A DNA stretch of 64,000 nt from Candidatus Stammera capleta (GCA_036884345.1 CP145602.1:35394-99393), one strand, 5' to 3'. Shown: positions 37,399 to 52,181, counted from the first letter of the stretch. The notes: generated by a model not told the origin, from the letters alone. A program made the numbers and translations.

Positions 37399-40218
37399 TT
37401 ATATAAATTTTCTTTTTTCACCTTTTCCTATAATATTTAATATACATCTTTTACATATATTTGGATAATTTTTATTGTTATTTATTTTAGTAACATAATG
37501 TCAACATCTTTTACATTTAATACCATAATGTTCTTTACATTTTAATTGAAAAAAATCTTTTTTACTTAAATTATTTTTTTTTTTTATATTTAATTTAGAA
37601 GTTAAAAAAAAAAATTTTAATTCTGATTTAATTTTTTTAATTTTTTTAAAAAAATTTTTTTCTAAATATAAAGTTACTATAGTTTTCAAAGTAGAATTAA
37701 TTTTTTTTTTATTTTTAAGTATTTCAATTTTTTTATTTAAATAATTTTTTATTTTAATTAATTTATTCCATATTTTAATATTTATATGATTATTTTTATG
37801 TATATAAAATAATTTTTCAAATCAAGTTTCTTCATATATTGAAGAAGGTTTTTTTCTAGGTAAATATTTTCATATTTCTTCTGCTGTAAAAGATAATATG
37901 GGAGCAATTCATTTTATTATTGTTTCTATTAATATTCATAAAGTAGTTTGAACACTATAATAAGGTAAAGTATTTTTTTTAATTGTGTATTTTCTATCTT
38001 TTATTATATCTAGATATATTGAACTTAAGTATATATTTAAAAATTTGAATATTTTTTTTGTTACTTTATAAAATTTAAATTTTTCATATAATTTTATTAT
38101 TTTTTGTTGTGTTTTTTTAGTTTTATGAATAATTCATTTATCTATTAATAACATTTTTTTAGGTATTATATAATTATTTTTAGGATTAAATTCATCTAAA
38201 TTAGATATTATAAATTTTATAGTATTTCTTATTTTTCTATATTTTCTACTAATTTGTAATATTATGTTGTTAGAAATATGTATTTCTTTTGTAAATTTAA
38301 TTGATGCAACTCATAATCTTAATATGTCTGCTCCATATTTATTAGTTATTTCTTTAGGATTTATATAATTTTTTAATGATTTAGACATTTTTTTACCTTT
38401 TTGATCTACTATAAATCCATGTGTTAAAATTTTTTTATAAGGAGCAGAATTATTAATTGCTGTGTTAATTATTAAAGAAGACATAAATCATCCTCTATAT
38501 TGATCTGTACCTTCTAAATATAAATCTATGTGATTTTTTTTTTTAAGAAAATTAGGATTCATTATTGAAAAACATGTAGCTCCTGAGTCAAATCATACAT
38601 CTAGTACATCTAAAACTTTAGTATATTTTTTATTATTTACTCCTAGTTTTTTAGGATGTATATCTAATCAATAATTAGGTCCATATTTTTTTATTTTAGA
38701 AGATATTATATCTATAATTTTTAATGTTTTAGGATGAATTTTATAATTTTTTTTGTTTATAAATATAGGTATTGGGGTACCTCAATAACGTTGTCTAGAT
38801 ATACATCAATCTGGTCTATTAATAATCATATTTTTTATTTTTTTATATCCCCATGAGGGAATTCATTTTACTTTTTTAATAGATTTAAGTATTTTTTTTT
38901 TGAATTTATTATTTTTTAAATCTATAAATCATTGTGATGTAGTTCTAAATATTATTGGTTTTTTATGTCTTCAACAAAAAGGATATTTATGTATTATATT
39001 TTCTTGAAATATAATTTTTTTTTTCTCTTTTAATTTTTTTAAAATTTTTTCTTCTGCTTGTTTAAATTTACATATTTCAATATTTTTAATATATGAATAT
39101 TTTATATATTTGCTTTTGTTTGTAATTACATTTAATCCTTTAATATTATTTTTTTTGGATAAATAAAAATCTTCTTCTCCATGTTCTGAAGCTATATGTA
39201 CTATACCTGTACCAGTATTAGAAATTATATTTTTATTAAATATAATAGGTGTTTTAATTTTTGTTATAGGATGTATAACAAATAAATTTTTAAATTTTTT
39301 ACCTTTTAAATTTTTAATTTTTTTATATTTTATTTTTTTTTTTTTAAAAAAAAACTTTTTTTGTTTTTTAGATATTATAAAAATATTTTTTTTGTGTTTT
39401 ATAAGTGAATATTTTAAATTTGGATGTATAGATATAGCACAATTTCCTGGTATAGTTCAAGGTGTAGTAGTTCAAATAATAAATTTAATATTTTTATTTT
39501 TTGTATTTTTATCTCAAATATTATTTTGAAATAGAAATTTTTTTGGAGAATAAAGTTTAAAAATTATATATATACTTTTAGATATTTTATTTTTATATTC
39601 TATTTCAGCTTCTGCTATTGATGAATTACATTTTATGCATCAGTTAGTAGGTTTTTTTTTTCTTTTTAGAAGTTTTAATTTAATAATTTTTTTTAATGTA
39701 TTTATAGTATTAGAAATTGTTGTAAATTCTGTAGTTTTATAATAATTTTTTCAGTCTGCTATTATACCTAATCTTATAAAATCTTTTTTTTGTTGTAAAA
39801 TTTGTTTTTCAGCATATTTAATACATTTATATTTAAATTTTTTAATTTTTTTGATTGATTTTTTTTTATTTTTATTATTTTTTTGAATTTTTAATTCAAT
39901 TGGTAAACCATGACAATCCCATCCTGGAATATATGGAGTATCAAAGTTCATAAAATTTTTATATTTTAATATTATATCTTTTAATATTTTATTTAAAGCA
40001 TGACCTATATGTATTTTTCCATTAGCATATGGAGGACCATCATGAATAATAAATTTTTTATTATTTTTTTTTATTTTTCTAATTTTTTCATATAAATTAT
40101 TTTTTTTTCATTTTTCAATTATTTTAGGTTCATTAATAGTTAAATTACCTTTCATAGGAAAATTTATTTTAGGTAAATTTATAGTTTTTTTGTAATTTAT
40201 TTTTTGATTATTTTTCAT
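37399..40218 (-). CDS. ileS: isoleucine--tRNA ligase
   Basis: The N-terminus reads ...[38 protein letters not shown] and the C-terminal Zn motif CKRCW-...CKRC are present. I translated about 1.2 kb of the C-terminal part by hand and found no TAA/TAG. 939 aa. Confidence 0.93.
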
Positions 40219-40362
40219 TTATTTAATAAATTTATATTAAGTTAAATATTTTTAGTAATTTTATAAGTACATTGTTAAGTATAACTTAAAAATATTTATT
40301 TTAGAATGTAAATATTGTTTTTTATAAATTAATATTTTAAAAATAAAAATTTTTTATTACAG

Positions 40363-40390
40363 TTGATATTTAAAAGTATAAACTCATATA
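40363..40390 (+). promoter_or_regulatory. possible sigma-32-like heat-shock promoter of dnaK
   Basis: TTGATA (40363-40368), a 14-nt spacer, then CTCATATA (40383-40390), compared with the consensus cTTGAAa-N13-15-CCCCATnT. The C residues stand out in an otherwise almost pure-AT spacer. It lies 37 nt upstream of the dnaK ATG. Confidence 0.25.
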
Positions 40391-40417
40391 TATATATAAT
40401 TAATAAATAAATTTTGA

Positions 40418-42325
<1,908 letters not shown>

Positions 42326-42363
42326 TTTAATATTTTATAATTTACTAGAGGGACATAATATCT

Positions 42364-43488
42364 ATGTCAGATAAAAATTATTATGATATTTTAGGTGTTT
42401 CTAAAACATCTAATAATATTGATATTAAAAGAGCATATAAACGTTTAGCTATTAAATATCATCCTGATAGAAATAGAGGTGATAAAATATATGAAGAAAA
42501 ATTTAAAGAAATCAAAGAAGCTTATGAAGTTTTAAGTGATGAAAAAAAACGTTCTATGTATGACCAATATGGTCATTCTGCTTTTACTCAAAGTGGATAT
42601 AGTAATGATAATGATTTTCATACAAGTTCTGATTTTGGTGATATATTTGGTGATATTTTTGGAGATATTTTTTCTTCTAAAAAAAAAAGATATTCAAATA
42701 AAAATTTAGATATATTACATAATATTAATCTTAGTTTAGAAGAAGTAGCAAAAGGTATATCGAAAGAAATTAATGTTAATGTAATACAAAAATGTAATGT
42801 TTGTTATGGTAGTGGTTGTAAACCTGGTACAAAACGTAAATTATGTAATACTTGTAGAGGAACTGGTAATTTAAAAACTAGTCAAGGATTTTTTACTATA
42901 CAACAAACTTGTCCTACATGTCATGGTCAGTGTTATATAGTTAATGATATTTGTTATATATGTAATGGTAGTGGTACAGAAAGTACTTTTAAAAATATTT
43001 TTGTTAAAATACCTGCTGGAATAAATAATAATGATCGTATTAGATTAGTAGGAAAAGGAAATTATTCTATTAAAGGTAATTTTGGTGATTTATATATTAA
43101 AGTTAGAATAGATAAACATCCTATATTTGTTAGAGAAAAAAATAATTTATATTGTGAAGTACCAATAAATTTTTCTTTAGCTGCTTTAGGAGGAGATATA
43201 AAAGTACCTACTTTAGATGGAGGTATAAAATTATATATACCTCCTGAAACTCAAACAGGAAAATTATTTCGTATTAAAAATAAAGGTATTAAATTTATTA
43301 ATAGTAATTATTATGGAGATTTATTGTGTAAAATTTTAATTGAAACTCCTGTTAATTTAAATAAATATCAAAGAAAATTATTATATGATTTAGGTTGTAC
43401 TTTATCAGGTAGTAAAAATATTAATAATCCTAAAACTAAAAGTTTTTTTGATCGTGTAAAAATATTTTTTGATAATTTAACTAATTAA
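42364..43488 (+). CDS. dnaJ: co-chaperone DnaJ
   Basis: Track ORF of 374 aa with a J domain (HPDRN), a GDIF-repeat G/F region and four CxxCxGxG zinc motifs. Confidence 0.96.
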   Translation: MSDKNYYDILGVSKTSNNIDIKRAYKRLAIKYHPDRNRGDKIYEEKFKEIKEAYEVLSDEKKRSMYDQYGHSAFTQSGYSNDNDFHTSSDFGDIFGDIFGDIFSSKKKRYSNKNLDILHNINLSLEEVAKGISKEINVNVIQKCNVCYGSGCKPGTKRKLCNTCRGTGNLKTSQGFFTIQQTCPTCHGQCYIVNDICYICNGSGTESTFKNIFVKIPAGINNNDRIRLVGKGNYSIKGNFGDLYIKVRIDKHPIFVREKNNLYCEVPINFSLAALGGDIKVPTLDGGIKLYIPPETQTGKLFRIKNKGIKFINSNYYGDLLCKILIETPVNLNKYQRKLLYDLGCTLSGSKNINNPKTKSFFDRVKIFFDNLTN

Positions 43489-44708
43489 ATATTATATACA
43501 GGAAATTTTTTACAAATTTGTATAATTTTTTTTTTTGTTTTTTTTATTATTTTATAATTATTAATATTATTTAATATTTTACATATGTATTTTGTAATTT
43601 TTTTAATTTTTTTTTTTTTAATTTTTCTGTATGTTATACAAATTGTACCAATTCTTATACCAGATGTAATAAAAGGATTTTTGTTATCATCTGGTATACA
43701 ATTTTTATTTACTATAATATTAGCTAAATTTAATTTTTTTTCAGCTTGTATTCCAGTAATATTTTTTTTAATTAAATTTATTACAAATAAATGTGTATCT
43801 GTACCATTAGATATAATTTTAAAATTATTTTTTATAAATATTTTACACATATATTTAGAATTTTTAACAATTTTTTTTTGATAGTTAATAAATTTTGATG
43901 TTAATGCTTTTTTAAAAGATATAGCTTTAGCTGCTATTACATGCATTAATGGTCCTCCTTGAATTCCAGGAAATACAGAAGAATTTATTTTTTTATATAG
44001 TTTATTATTATTACCTTTTGCTAATATTATACCACCACGTGGTCCTGAAAGAGTTTTATGTGTAGTAGAGGTAACTATATCAGCATATTTTAATGGATTA
44101 GGATATATTTTTGCAGCTACTAAACCTGCTATATGAGACATATCTATAAGTAAATAACTATTGTATAAATTAGCTATATATTTAAATTTTTTTCAATTAC
44201 ATATTCTTGAATATGAAGAAAATCCTGCTATAATTAATTTTGGTCTATATTTTTTAGTTAAATATTCTATTTTATTAAAATCTATCGTTTCTTTTTTATT
44301 TAAATTATAATATTTTATATTATATATTTTACCTGAAATATTTACTTTTGAACCATGACTTAGATGACCTCCATGGTTTAATTTCATACTAATAATAGTA
44401 TCTTTAGGTTTTAAAATAGCATTATAAACAGCTAAATTAGCTTGTGATCCTGAATGTGGTTGTACATTAACATAATCTGCTTTAAATAATTTTTTTGCTC
44501 TATCTATAGCTATTTTTTCTATTTTATCTATATATTTACATCCTCCATAATATCTTTTTTTATAGTATCCTTCAGCATATTTATTAGTTAATATTGAACC
44601 TTGTGCATTAAGAATATCTATATTAGCATAACTTTCTGAAGCTATTAAATTTAAATTTATTTCTTGTCTTTTTTTTTCTAATTTAATAAGTTTAAAAATT
44701 TTATCCAT
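43485..44708 (-). CDS. glyA: serine hydroxymethyltransferase
   Basis: Track ORFs 44193-44708 and 43485-44141 are in one frame joined by [17 protein letters not shown] contains the PLP lysine. 407 aa. Confidence 0.95.
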
Positions 44709-45639
44709 TTTTTATTTTTTTTTTAATTTTGTATGCTTGTAAATATATAAAATCTAATATAATATTAGCAGCTGTTAATGATGTTATACCTGATTTATCA
44801 TATATAGGACTTACTTCTACTAAATCAAATCCAATAATATTAATTTTTTTGAGTTTTCTTATTATTTTAAGTATTTTATGTATAGTTATACCTCCTATAA
44901 CTGGTGTACCTGTTCCAGGAGCATAAGAAGGATCTATACAATCTATATCAAAAGTTATATATGTAGGTAAATTTTTTGTAGTATTTATAATTTTTTTAAT
45001 AATTTTTTTAGTTGATTTACTATTTGTTTTTTCTGCATTAATAATATTAATTTTATTTTTTTTATTTATGTATGTTCTAATTCCTATTTGAATTATATTT
45101 TTTATTGAAACTAATTTTTCTTTTTTTATTTGATATATTATAGATCCATGATCATAAATATTATTATCATAATAAATATCTGTATGAGCATCAAAATGTA
45201 TGAGAGATATTTTTTTATAAAATTTTTTGTATATTCTTAATATTGGTAAAGTAATATAATGATCTCCTCCAATAAAAATTATATTTTTTTTTATTTTTAG
45301 TAAATTAGTAACTAATTTACTAATTTTTTTGTTTAAATTTTTTATGTTTCCTTGTTTATATATTAAATCTCCCCCATCAATTATTTTAAGATATTTTTTA
45401 AGTGATATATTTCATGGTCATTTTTTTTTTTCTCAGAATAAATTAATTGATTGTTTTCTAATACTATTAGGACCAAGTTTACTTCCTGGTTTACCTGTAC
45501 TAGTTATTTCACATGGTATACCTATTATAATAGTATTAAATTTATCTTTTAAATTATATTTATTTTTTATAACTAAAGGAAATCTCATAAATCCAAATAA
45601 ATTAGATATTAAAGATTGGTCTTTTTGAATTATTTTCAT
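44701..45639 (-). CDS. speB: agmatinase
   Basis: Track ORF 45433-45639 is extended through [39 protein letters not shown] and [19 protein letters not shown] are present. The stop is at 44701-44703. Confidence 0.9.
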
Positions 45640-45640
45640 T

Positions 45641-47425
45641 TTATTCTAAATATGTTTTATATTTTAAAAATTTATTTATTTTTTTATATATTTTTTTTTT
45701 TTTTTTGAAAAAATTATTTATTTTATTATTATCTATTTGTGTATATTGTAACATTTTTAAAATGTTGTCATGTTTATTAATTATAAAACTTTTAAATTTT
45801 TTATTTTTTTTTATATATACTAATATAGTTTTAATTTTACCAAATAAATTATGTACATTACTTAATATATTTTGATATGATCCTAACATAAAAAAAATTA
45901 TTTCGGGTAATTTTTTATTTTTATATTTTGGAATAGTTAATGTATTATTTATTTTTTTTTTATTTATATATTTATTTATTATTCCATCAGAATCACATGT
46001 AATATCTGATATGTGTATATTTTGTTTTTTTTTGTTATTTAATCCTTTTATAGGATATATAGGAAAAATTTGTTGTATACCTCAACTATCTGGTAATGAT
46101 TGAAATAAAGAGAAATTTATATGTATTTTATTAGATATATATAAATTTATATATTTTTTTTTTTTTTTGTTTTTAATAATTTTTTTATTTTTTATATATA
46201 TTAATATATTATAGTATATTTTTTCTATTAAAGATTTTTCAAAAATATTTGATTTTATAGATTTATAGTAATATTTAAGTTTTTTTAATTTTTTAAATAT
46301 TTTTTTTTCATTTATATATATATTATTTTTAATTTTTTTTCATAAATTTAAATATTTAATAATTTTTTTTTTTTTAATATAAATATTATTTATTAAATTA
46401 TTAGAAATATGTTTAATTTTATTATTTTCTATATTTATTATATTAGATATTAATATTGTATGATGTGCTGTAATAAATCTTCCTGATTCAGTATAAATAT
46501 TAGGAATAGGTGTTTGATATTTTTTACATAATAAAATAATTATTTTAATTATTTTTATTGTATATAAATTTAAATTATAATTTATATGTGATTTTTTATT
46601 GTAATAATTTACTGCTAATCCTCCACCGAAATCTAAATATTTAATTTTTATTTTAAATATTTTATATAAATCTATATATATTTTTACAAATTCTTTAAAA
46701 TTTTTTTCTATATATTTAATATTATTTATTTGTGATCCTATATGACAATGTAATAAATTAAGTTTATTAATTTTTTTTTTTTTTTTTAATATTTTAATAC
46801 AATTTATAATTTGTGAATTATTTAAACCAAATTTAAATTGTGATTTATTTTTAAAATCTAAAGTATTTAATTTTATTCTTATACCTATATTTATATTACT
46901 TTTTTTTGTATATTTAAGAATTAAAAATGTTTCTTTAATTTTTTCTATTATTAAAGATACTTTATGTCCTATTTTTTCTGCTTTTTTTGCTAGAGAAATA
47001 TATTTTTTATCTTTATATCCGTTACATAATATTTTAATTTTTTTATTTGCATGTATTAAAATAGTCATTAATTCAGATTTAGATCCTGCTTCTAAACCTA
47101 TTTTATATTTAGTTTTTTTTAATATATATTTAATTATATATGCTTCTTGATTTACTTTTATAGGATATATTAAATAATATTTAATTTTTAAATTATTTAA
47201 TTTTATATTTTTTTTAAATGATTTATTAATTAATTTTATTCTTTTTTTAATAATTTGAGGAAAAGATATTTTTATTGGTAATTTTTCTTTGTTAATTATT
47301 TTTTTTAATTCTAAATATTTTTTTTTTTTGTAATTTATACATATATTTATATTTCCTTTTTTATTTATATAAAAATATTTTTCTTTACAATTTTTTTCTT
47401 TTTGTATTTTTTTATTAATGTTCAT
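45641..47425 (-). CDS. speA: biosynthetic arginine decarboxylase
   Basis: Track ORFs 46340-47425 and 45641-45889 are in one frame. YPIKVNQ, FSLFQSLPDSW-GIQQIFPIYP, ISDITCDSDG and MLGSYQNILSNVHNLFG match E. coli SpeA. 594 aa. Confidence 0.9.
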
Positions 47426-47563
47426 TATTTATGTTTAAAATTATAAAATTAGTTTTCACAATTATTAATTGTTAAGGTATACTTGTTTAAGTAAATATAT
47501 TATTTATTTTAAATTATTTTATAATAAAATTATTTGTTTAATCTATTGGAGATTTAAAATATA

Positions 47564-48715
47564 ATGAATTTATGTTATTTTACTTCTGAATCAGTTTCAG
47601 AAGGTCATCCAGATAAAATAGCTGATCAAATTTCTGATGCTATTTTAGATTTTATTATTTCTAAAGATAAATTTGCTAAAGTTGCTTGTGAAGTTTATGT
47701 TAAAAATAATATAGTTATAGTTGGTGGTGAAATTAATACATCTATATCATTTAATATAGAAGATATTGTTAGAAATACAATTAAAAATATTGGTTATGTA
47801 AATAAAAATGATCTTTTTAATTTTAGTTCTTGTATAATAATTAATATTATTAGTAAACAATCTTTAGATATATATATGGGTATTAAAAAAGATAAATTTT
47901 CTAATCAAGGTGCTGGTGATCAAGGAATAATGTTTGGTTATGCTTCTAATGAAACTAATGTATATATGCCAGCACCTATTTTATATGCACATTGATTAGT
48001 AAAAAGACAATCTGAATTAAGGAAAAATAAAATTTTATCTTGATTATGTCCTGATGCTAAAAGTCAAATTACTTTTATATATAAAAATAATGTTATTATA
48101 GGTATAGATACAGTTGTTTTTTCTACACAACATATGGATTATATTACTTATAATGAATTAAAAGAAGCAATTATGGAAGAAATTATATTATATATATTAC
48201 CTAAAAAATGATTAAATAAAAATACTAAATATTTTATTAATCCTACAGGTAGATTTGTTATTGGTGGACCTATGGGTGATTGTGGTTTAACAGGTAGAAA
48301 AATAATTGTTGATACTTATGGTGGTATAGCTAGACATGGAGGAGGTGCTTTTTCTGGTAAAGATCCATCTAAAGTTGATAGATCTGGAGCATATATGGCT
48401 AGATATATAGCAAAAAATATTGTTGCTGCAGGTTTAGCAGATAAATGTGAAATACAAATTTCTTATGCTATTGGTGTAACATCACCTATATCTGTTATGA
48501 TTAATACTTTTGGTACTGAAAAAGTATTAATTAATAATTTATTAAAAGCAATAAATATTTTTTTTGATTTAAGACCTGGTAAAATTATAAAAAATTTAAA
48601 TTTATTAAATCCTATATATTATAAAACTGCTTCATATGGTCATTTTGGTAGAGAAGAATTTTCATGAGAAAAATTAGATAAAGTAAATTTTTTATTAGAT
48701 TATTTTAAAATTTAA
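47564..48715 (+). CDS. metK: S-adenosylmethionine synthase
   Basis: Track ORFs 47564-47995 and 48272-48667 are in one frame. [12 protein letters not shown] is present. FSW(TGA)EKLDK resembles E. coli FPWEKTDK. TAA is at 48713-48715. Confidence 0.96.
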
Positions 48716-49314
48716 TTTTTTTTATTTATAAAATATATCATATATTTAGCTTGAGGATATATAATTTTAATTTTTTTTTTTTTGTTCATTAAATTTAATA
48801 TTTTTTTTTTTGATTTATATTTATGTGTAATAATTTCTTTTTTAGTAGAATTAATTTTTTTTATTATTTTATTTAACGAAATTTTTTTATTATAAATAAT
48901 ATTATGATTTTTTATATAGCTTATATAAATATTTTTAATAGAATTAAAAATTATAAAATAATATTTTTTTTTTTTAGTGTATTTTATTTTAATTTTTTCA
49001 TTTATAATATTAAATGTATTTGTTTTAATTAATTTAATATTTTTATATTTTAAAAAAAATGTTTGTGCAATATTTAAAGATAAATTTGAATTTAAAATAT
49101 TTCCTGGATCATTGTTAATTAAAAAATAATTAATTTTTTTAAAATTAATATTATTTTTTTGTATAATTTTTTTTATTAATATTAATATATTTTGATTATT
49201 ATTTTTTTTTGTTTTTTTTTTCTTAGTAAATATATATTTTTTATATTTAATAGCAACAGATTGTAATTCTGTAGATATTTCTATAGATAAAATATTTTTA
49301 TTTTTTATGTTCAT
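48712..49314 (-). CDS. tsaB: probable tRNA t6A37 protein TsaB (YeaZ), highly diverged
   Basis: Track ORF of 200 aa. ILSIEISTELQSVAI resembles TsaB iLaiDTSte.csvAl, and NDPGNILNSNLSLNIAQ resembles GPGSFTGlRIG..vAQ. The similarity is weak and rests on motifs only. Confidence 0.55.
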   Translation of the reverse strand: MNIKNKNILSIEISTELQSVAIKYKKYIFTKKKKTKKNNNQNILILIKKIIQKNNINFKKINYFLINNDPGNILNSNLSLNIAQTFFLKYKNIKLIKTNTFNIINEKIKIKYTKKKKYYFIIFNSIKNIYISYIKNHNIIYNKKISLNKIIKKINSTKKEIITHKYKSKKKILNLMNKKKKIKIIYPQAKYMIYFINKKN

Positions 49315-49358
49315 TTAATTAATTTATAATAAAAATTTATATTTTGTCAAATAATTAT

Positions 49359-50402
49359 ATGAAAAAAATTAATTTATTAGATTTTAATAAAAGTATGATG
49401 GAAAATTTTTTTTTGAATTTAGGTGAAAAAAAATTTGTTGCTGATCAAATTATGTATTGAATTTATAAAAAATTTTGTTTTAATTTTTTTATGATGCATA
49501 ATATAAGTAAAAAAATAAGAAAAAAATTATATTGTTTATCAAAAATTAAATTACCTAAAATTTTTGATATTAAATATTCTGTTGATGGAGTAATAAAATT
49601 TATTTTAGATGTTAATAATGATTTAATCGAAACTGTATATATACCTGAAAAAAAAAGAAAAACTTTATGTATTTCTAGTCAAGTAGGTTGTACTATAAAA
49701 TGTAGTTTTTGTGCTACAGGTAAAATGAAGTTTAAAAGAAATTTATTAGTTTCGGAAATAATAGGTCAAGTTTTATTGGTAATAAATTTTCTTAAAAATA
49801 AAATATTTTTTGTTAAAGATTATAATAAATATATTACTAATATAGTATTTATGGGTATGGGAGAACCTTTATTAAATTTTAATAATGTTGTAAATTCTAT
49901 AAATATTATGATAGATTGTTTTTATTTTTCAAAAAGAAAGATAGTTATATCTACTTCTGGTATTGTTCCTTCTATTTATAAATTAATAGGAATAATAGAT
50001 ATTGTTGTAACTTTATCACTTCATGCTCCTAATAATATATTGAGAAGTAAAATAATGTCTATTAATAATATATATAATTTGCATGATATACTTAAAGCAA
50101 TGAATATTTATATAAGAAATTCTAAATCTAATAAAGGTAAATTAAATATTGAGTATATTATGTTAAATAATATTAATGATAGTTTTAAATATGCTAATCA
50201 ATTAGTAAATTTACTTAAAGATTTTTCTGTTAAAATTAATCTTATACCATATAATAATATAAATAATGGTATTTATACTAAAAGTAGTAATGAAAGAATA
50301 TTATTATTTCATAATTTTCTTAAAAAAAAAAATATTTTTTCTTTTATTAGAAAAACTAGAGGATCAGATATTAATGCTTCTTGTGGTCAATTATATAAAT
50401 AA
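49359..50402 (+). CDS. rlmN: dual-specificity 23S rRNA/tRNA m2A methyltransferase (radical SAM)
   Basis: ATG at 49359 is upstream of track ORF 49491-50402 in the same frame and joined by TGA (QIMYW-IYKK). CTIKCSFCATG (CxxxCxxC), GMGEPLLN and the C-terminal SCGQL are present. Confidence 0.9.
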
Positions 50403-50430
50403 TATTAATTTAAATTAAAAGTTCAATATT

Positions 50431-50817
50431 ATGAATAATAAAAAAATAAATTCTTTAGGTAAAATTTTAGTAAAATATAGAAAAATGTTAAATTTTACTC
50501 AAAAAGATATTGCAAAAAAATTATGTCTAAAATTAGAATTAATTGATAATATAGAAAAAGATATATTTCCTACTAATATTCCTAAAGTTTTTTATTGTGG
50601 TTATATATATTCTTATGCTCGTTTAGTTAAAGTATCTAAAAAAAAAATATTTTTATTTTTAGAAAGATATAATAATAAAAATTACTGTTTTTCTGAAAGT
50701 AAAATAAAAAAAGATTTTGATAGTTTTTTTTTTTTAAATTATATTTATTTTTTTCTAATTAAATTAATAGTATTATTTTTTTCTTTTTATTTTTTTTGAA
50801 GATATTTAAAAAATTAA
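50431..50817 (+). CDS. rodZ: cytoskeleton protein RodZ, truncated to the HTH domain plus one transmembrane helix
   Basis: LGKILVKYRKMLNFTQKDIAKKLCLKLELIDNIEKD...CGYIYSYARLV resembles E. coli [36 protein letters not shown]...RGYIRSYARLL. A hydrophobic helix LNYIYFFLIKLIVLFFSFYFF follows. The protein is 128 aa against 337 aa in E. coli. It follows rlmN as in E. coli. Confidence 0.8.
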
Positions 50818-50858
50818 ATTTAAATAAAATTATTTAGTTGTTTTAAAAATTATTTTTT

Positions 50859-52142
50859 ATGAATGAATTAAAAGTTAAATCAATTAAAGGAATGCATGAT
50901 TATTTTTCTGATGATATCTTAATATATAGAAATATAGAAAATAATTTTAAAATATTAATGAAAAATTATTCTTTTAATGAAATAAAATTTCCTATATTAG
51001 AAAAAACTATTTTATTTGATAAAAGTTTAGGTTTATTAAATAATATAATAAATAAAGAAATGTATTCTTTTTTAGATCGTAATGGTTTAAATTTAAGTTT
51101 AAGACCTGAAGGTACTGCAGGATGTATGAGAGCTTATATACAAAATAATTTATTTTTAAATAATTATTTAAATAGATTATGGTATTTAGGTCCTATGTTT
51201 AGATATGAAAATACTCAAAAAGGTAGATTTCGTCAATTTTATCAATTAGGTGCTGAAATATTTGGTTATAATAATATTAATGTTGATATAGAATTAATTT
51301 TAATTATTAAAAGATTATGAAAAAAATTAGGTGTATCTAGTTTTTTAAATTTAGAAATTAATTCTATTGGTTCTATAGAAGATAGAAATAATTATTTAAT
51401 GTTTATTAAAAATGAAATTATTAAAAAGGATTTTTTTTTTTTAAAAAATTTTGATTTAAATAAAATTAATTTTTTTAAATTATTAGATAGTAAAAATAAG
51501 AAGATTAAAAAATTTTGTCAGCATTTTCCTAAAATATTAGATTTTATTAATAATAATTCTTTATCTAATTTTAAAAATTTATGTAAAAATTTAAATATTT
51601 TAGGTATTAGTTATAAAATAAATTATAATTTAGTTCGTGGTTTAGATTATTATAATGATTTTGTTTTTGAATGAACTAGTAAAAATTTAGGATTTAAAAA
51701 ATCTATTTGTTCTGGAGGTAGATATGATAATTTATCTAAATCTTTATCTAGTTTTTCTATTCCTGCTGTTGGTTTTGCTATAGGTTTAGATAGATTAATA
51801 CTTTTATTAAAAAAAAAAAAAAAATATTCTATTAAAAATAATATTACTATATATATTATAGCTTCTTTAAATAAAAAAAGTAGTTTATTGGGTATTAAAA
51901 TTATGGAAAAAATTATTAATTATTTTTCTAATTCTATTCGGGTTTATAATGATTATAGTAAATATAAAAATTTAAGTAAAAAAATTTTAAAAGTTATTAA
52001 ATTAAAACCTCGAATAATAATTATTATAGATAAAAATGAATTAATTAATAATTTTATAACTATAAAAGATATTTTATATAATAAACAAAAAAGAATTTTA
52101 TATAAAAATTTAATTAGTACATTAATTAGTTTTTTAAATTAA
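50859..52142 (+). CDS. hisS: histidine--tRNA ligase
   Basis: Track ORFs 50859, 51399 and 51888 are in one frame joined by TGA. LRPEGTAGCMRAY, RQFYQLGAEIFG and GGRYDNL are present. 427 aa. Confidence 0.93.
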
Positions 52143-52181
52143 AATAAATTATTATAAAATTCATTTATTAAATTTATTAAA

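Noticed and set aside
42637-42672. Three tandem 12-nt repeats (GGTGATATATTT-like) in dnaJ.
   Set aside because: They encode GDIFGDIFGDIF, the native G/F-region repeat also present in E. coli DnaJ (DIFGDVFGDIF). This is not a novel repeat element.
43585-43881. Plus-strand and antisense ORFs at 43585-43881, 44729-44926, 45329-45628, 55563-55811, 56145-56417 and 58940-59140.
   Set aside because: Each lies wholly inside a well-conserved gene on the other strand (glyA, speB, folD, clpX). They are hydrophobic, low-complexity mirror-image products typical of AT-rich genomes.
47458-47472. 15-nt perfect palindrome ACAATTATTAATTGT in the speA/metK divergent spacer, considered as a possible operator (e.g. 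a MetJ-like site).
   Set aside because: It has no resemblance to met boxes (AGACGTCT). Seven-pair palindromes are expected by chance several times in DNA that is about 95% AT. No repressor gene is evident.
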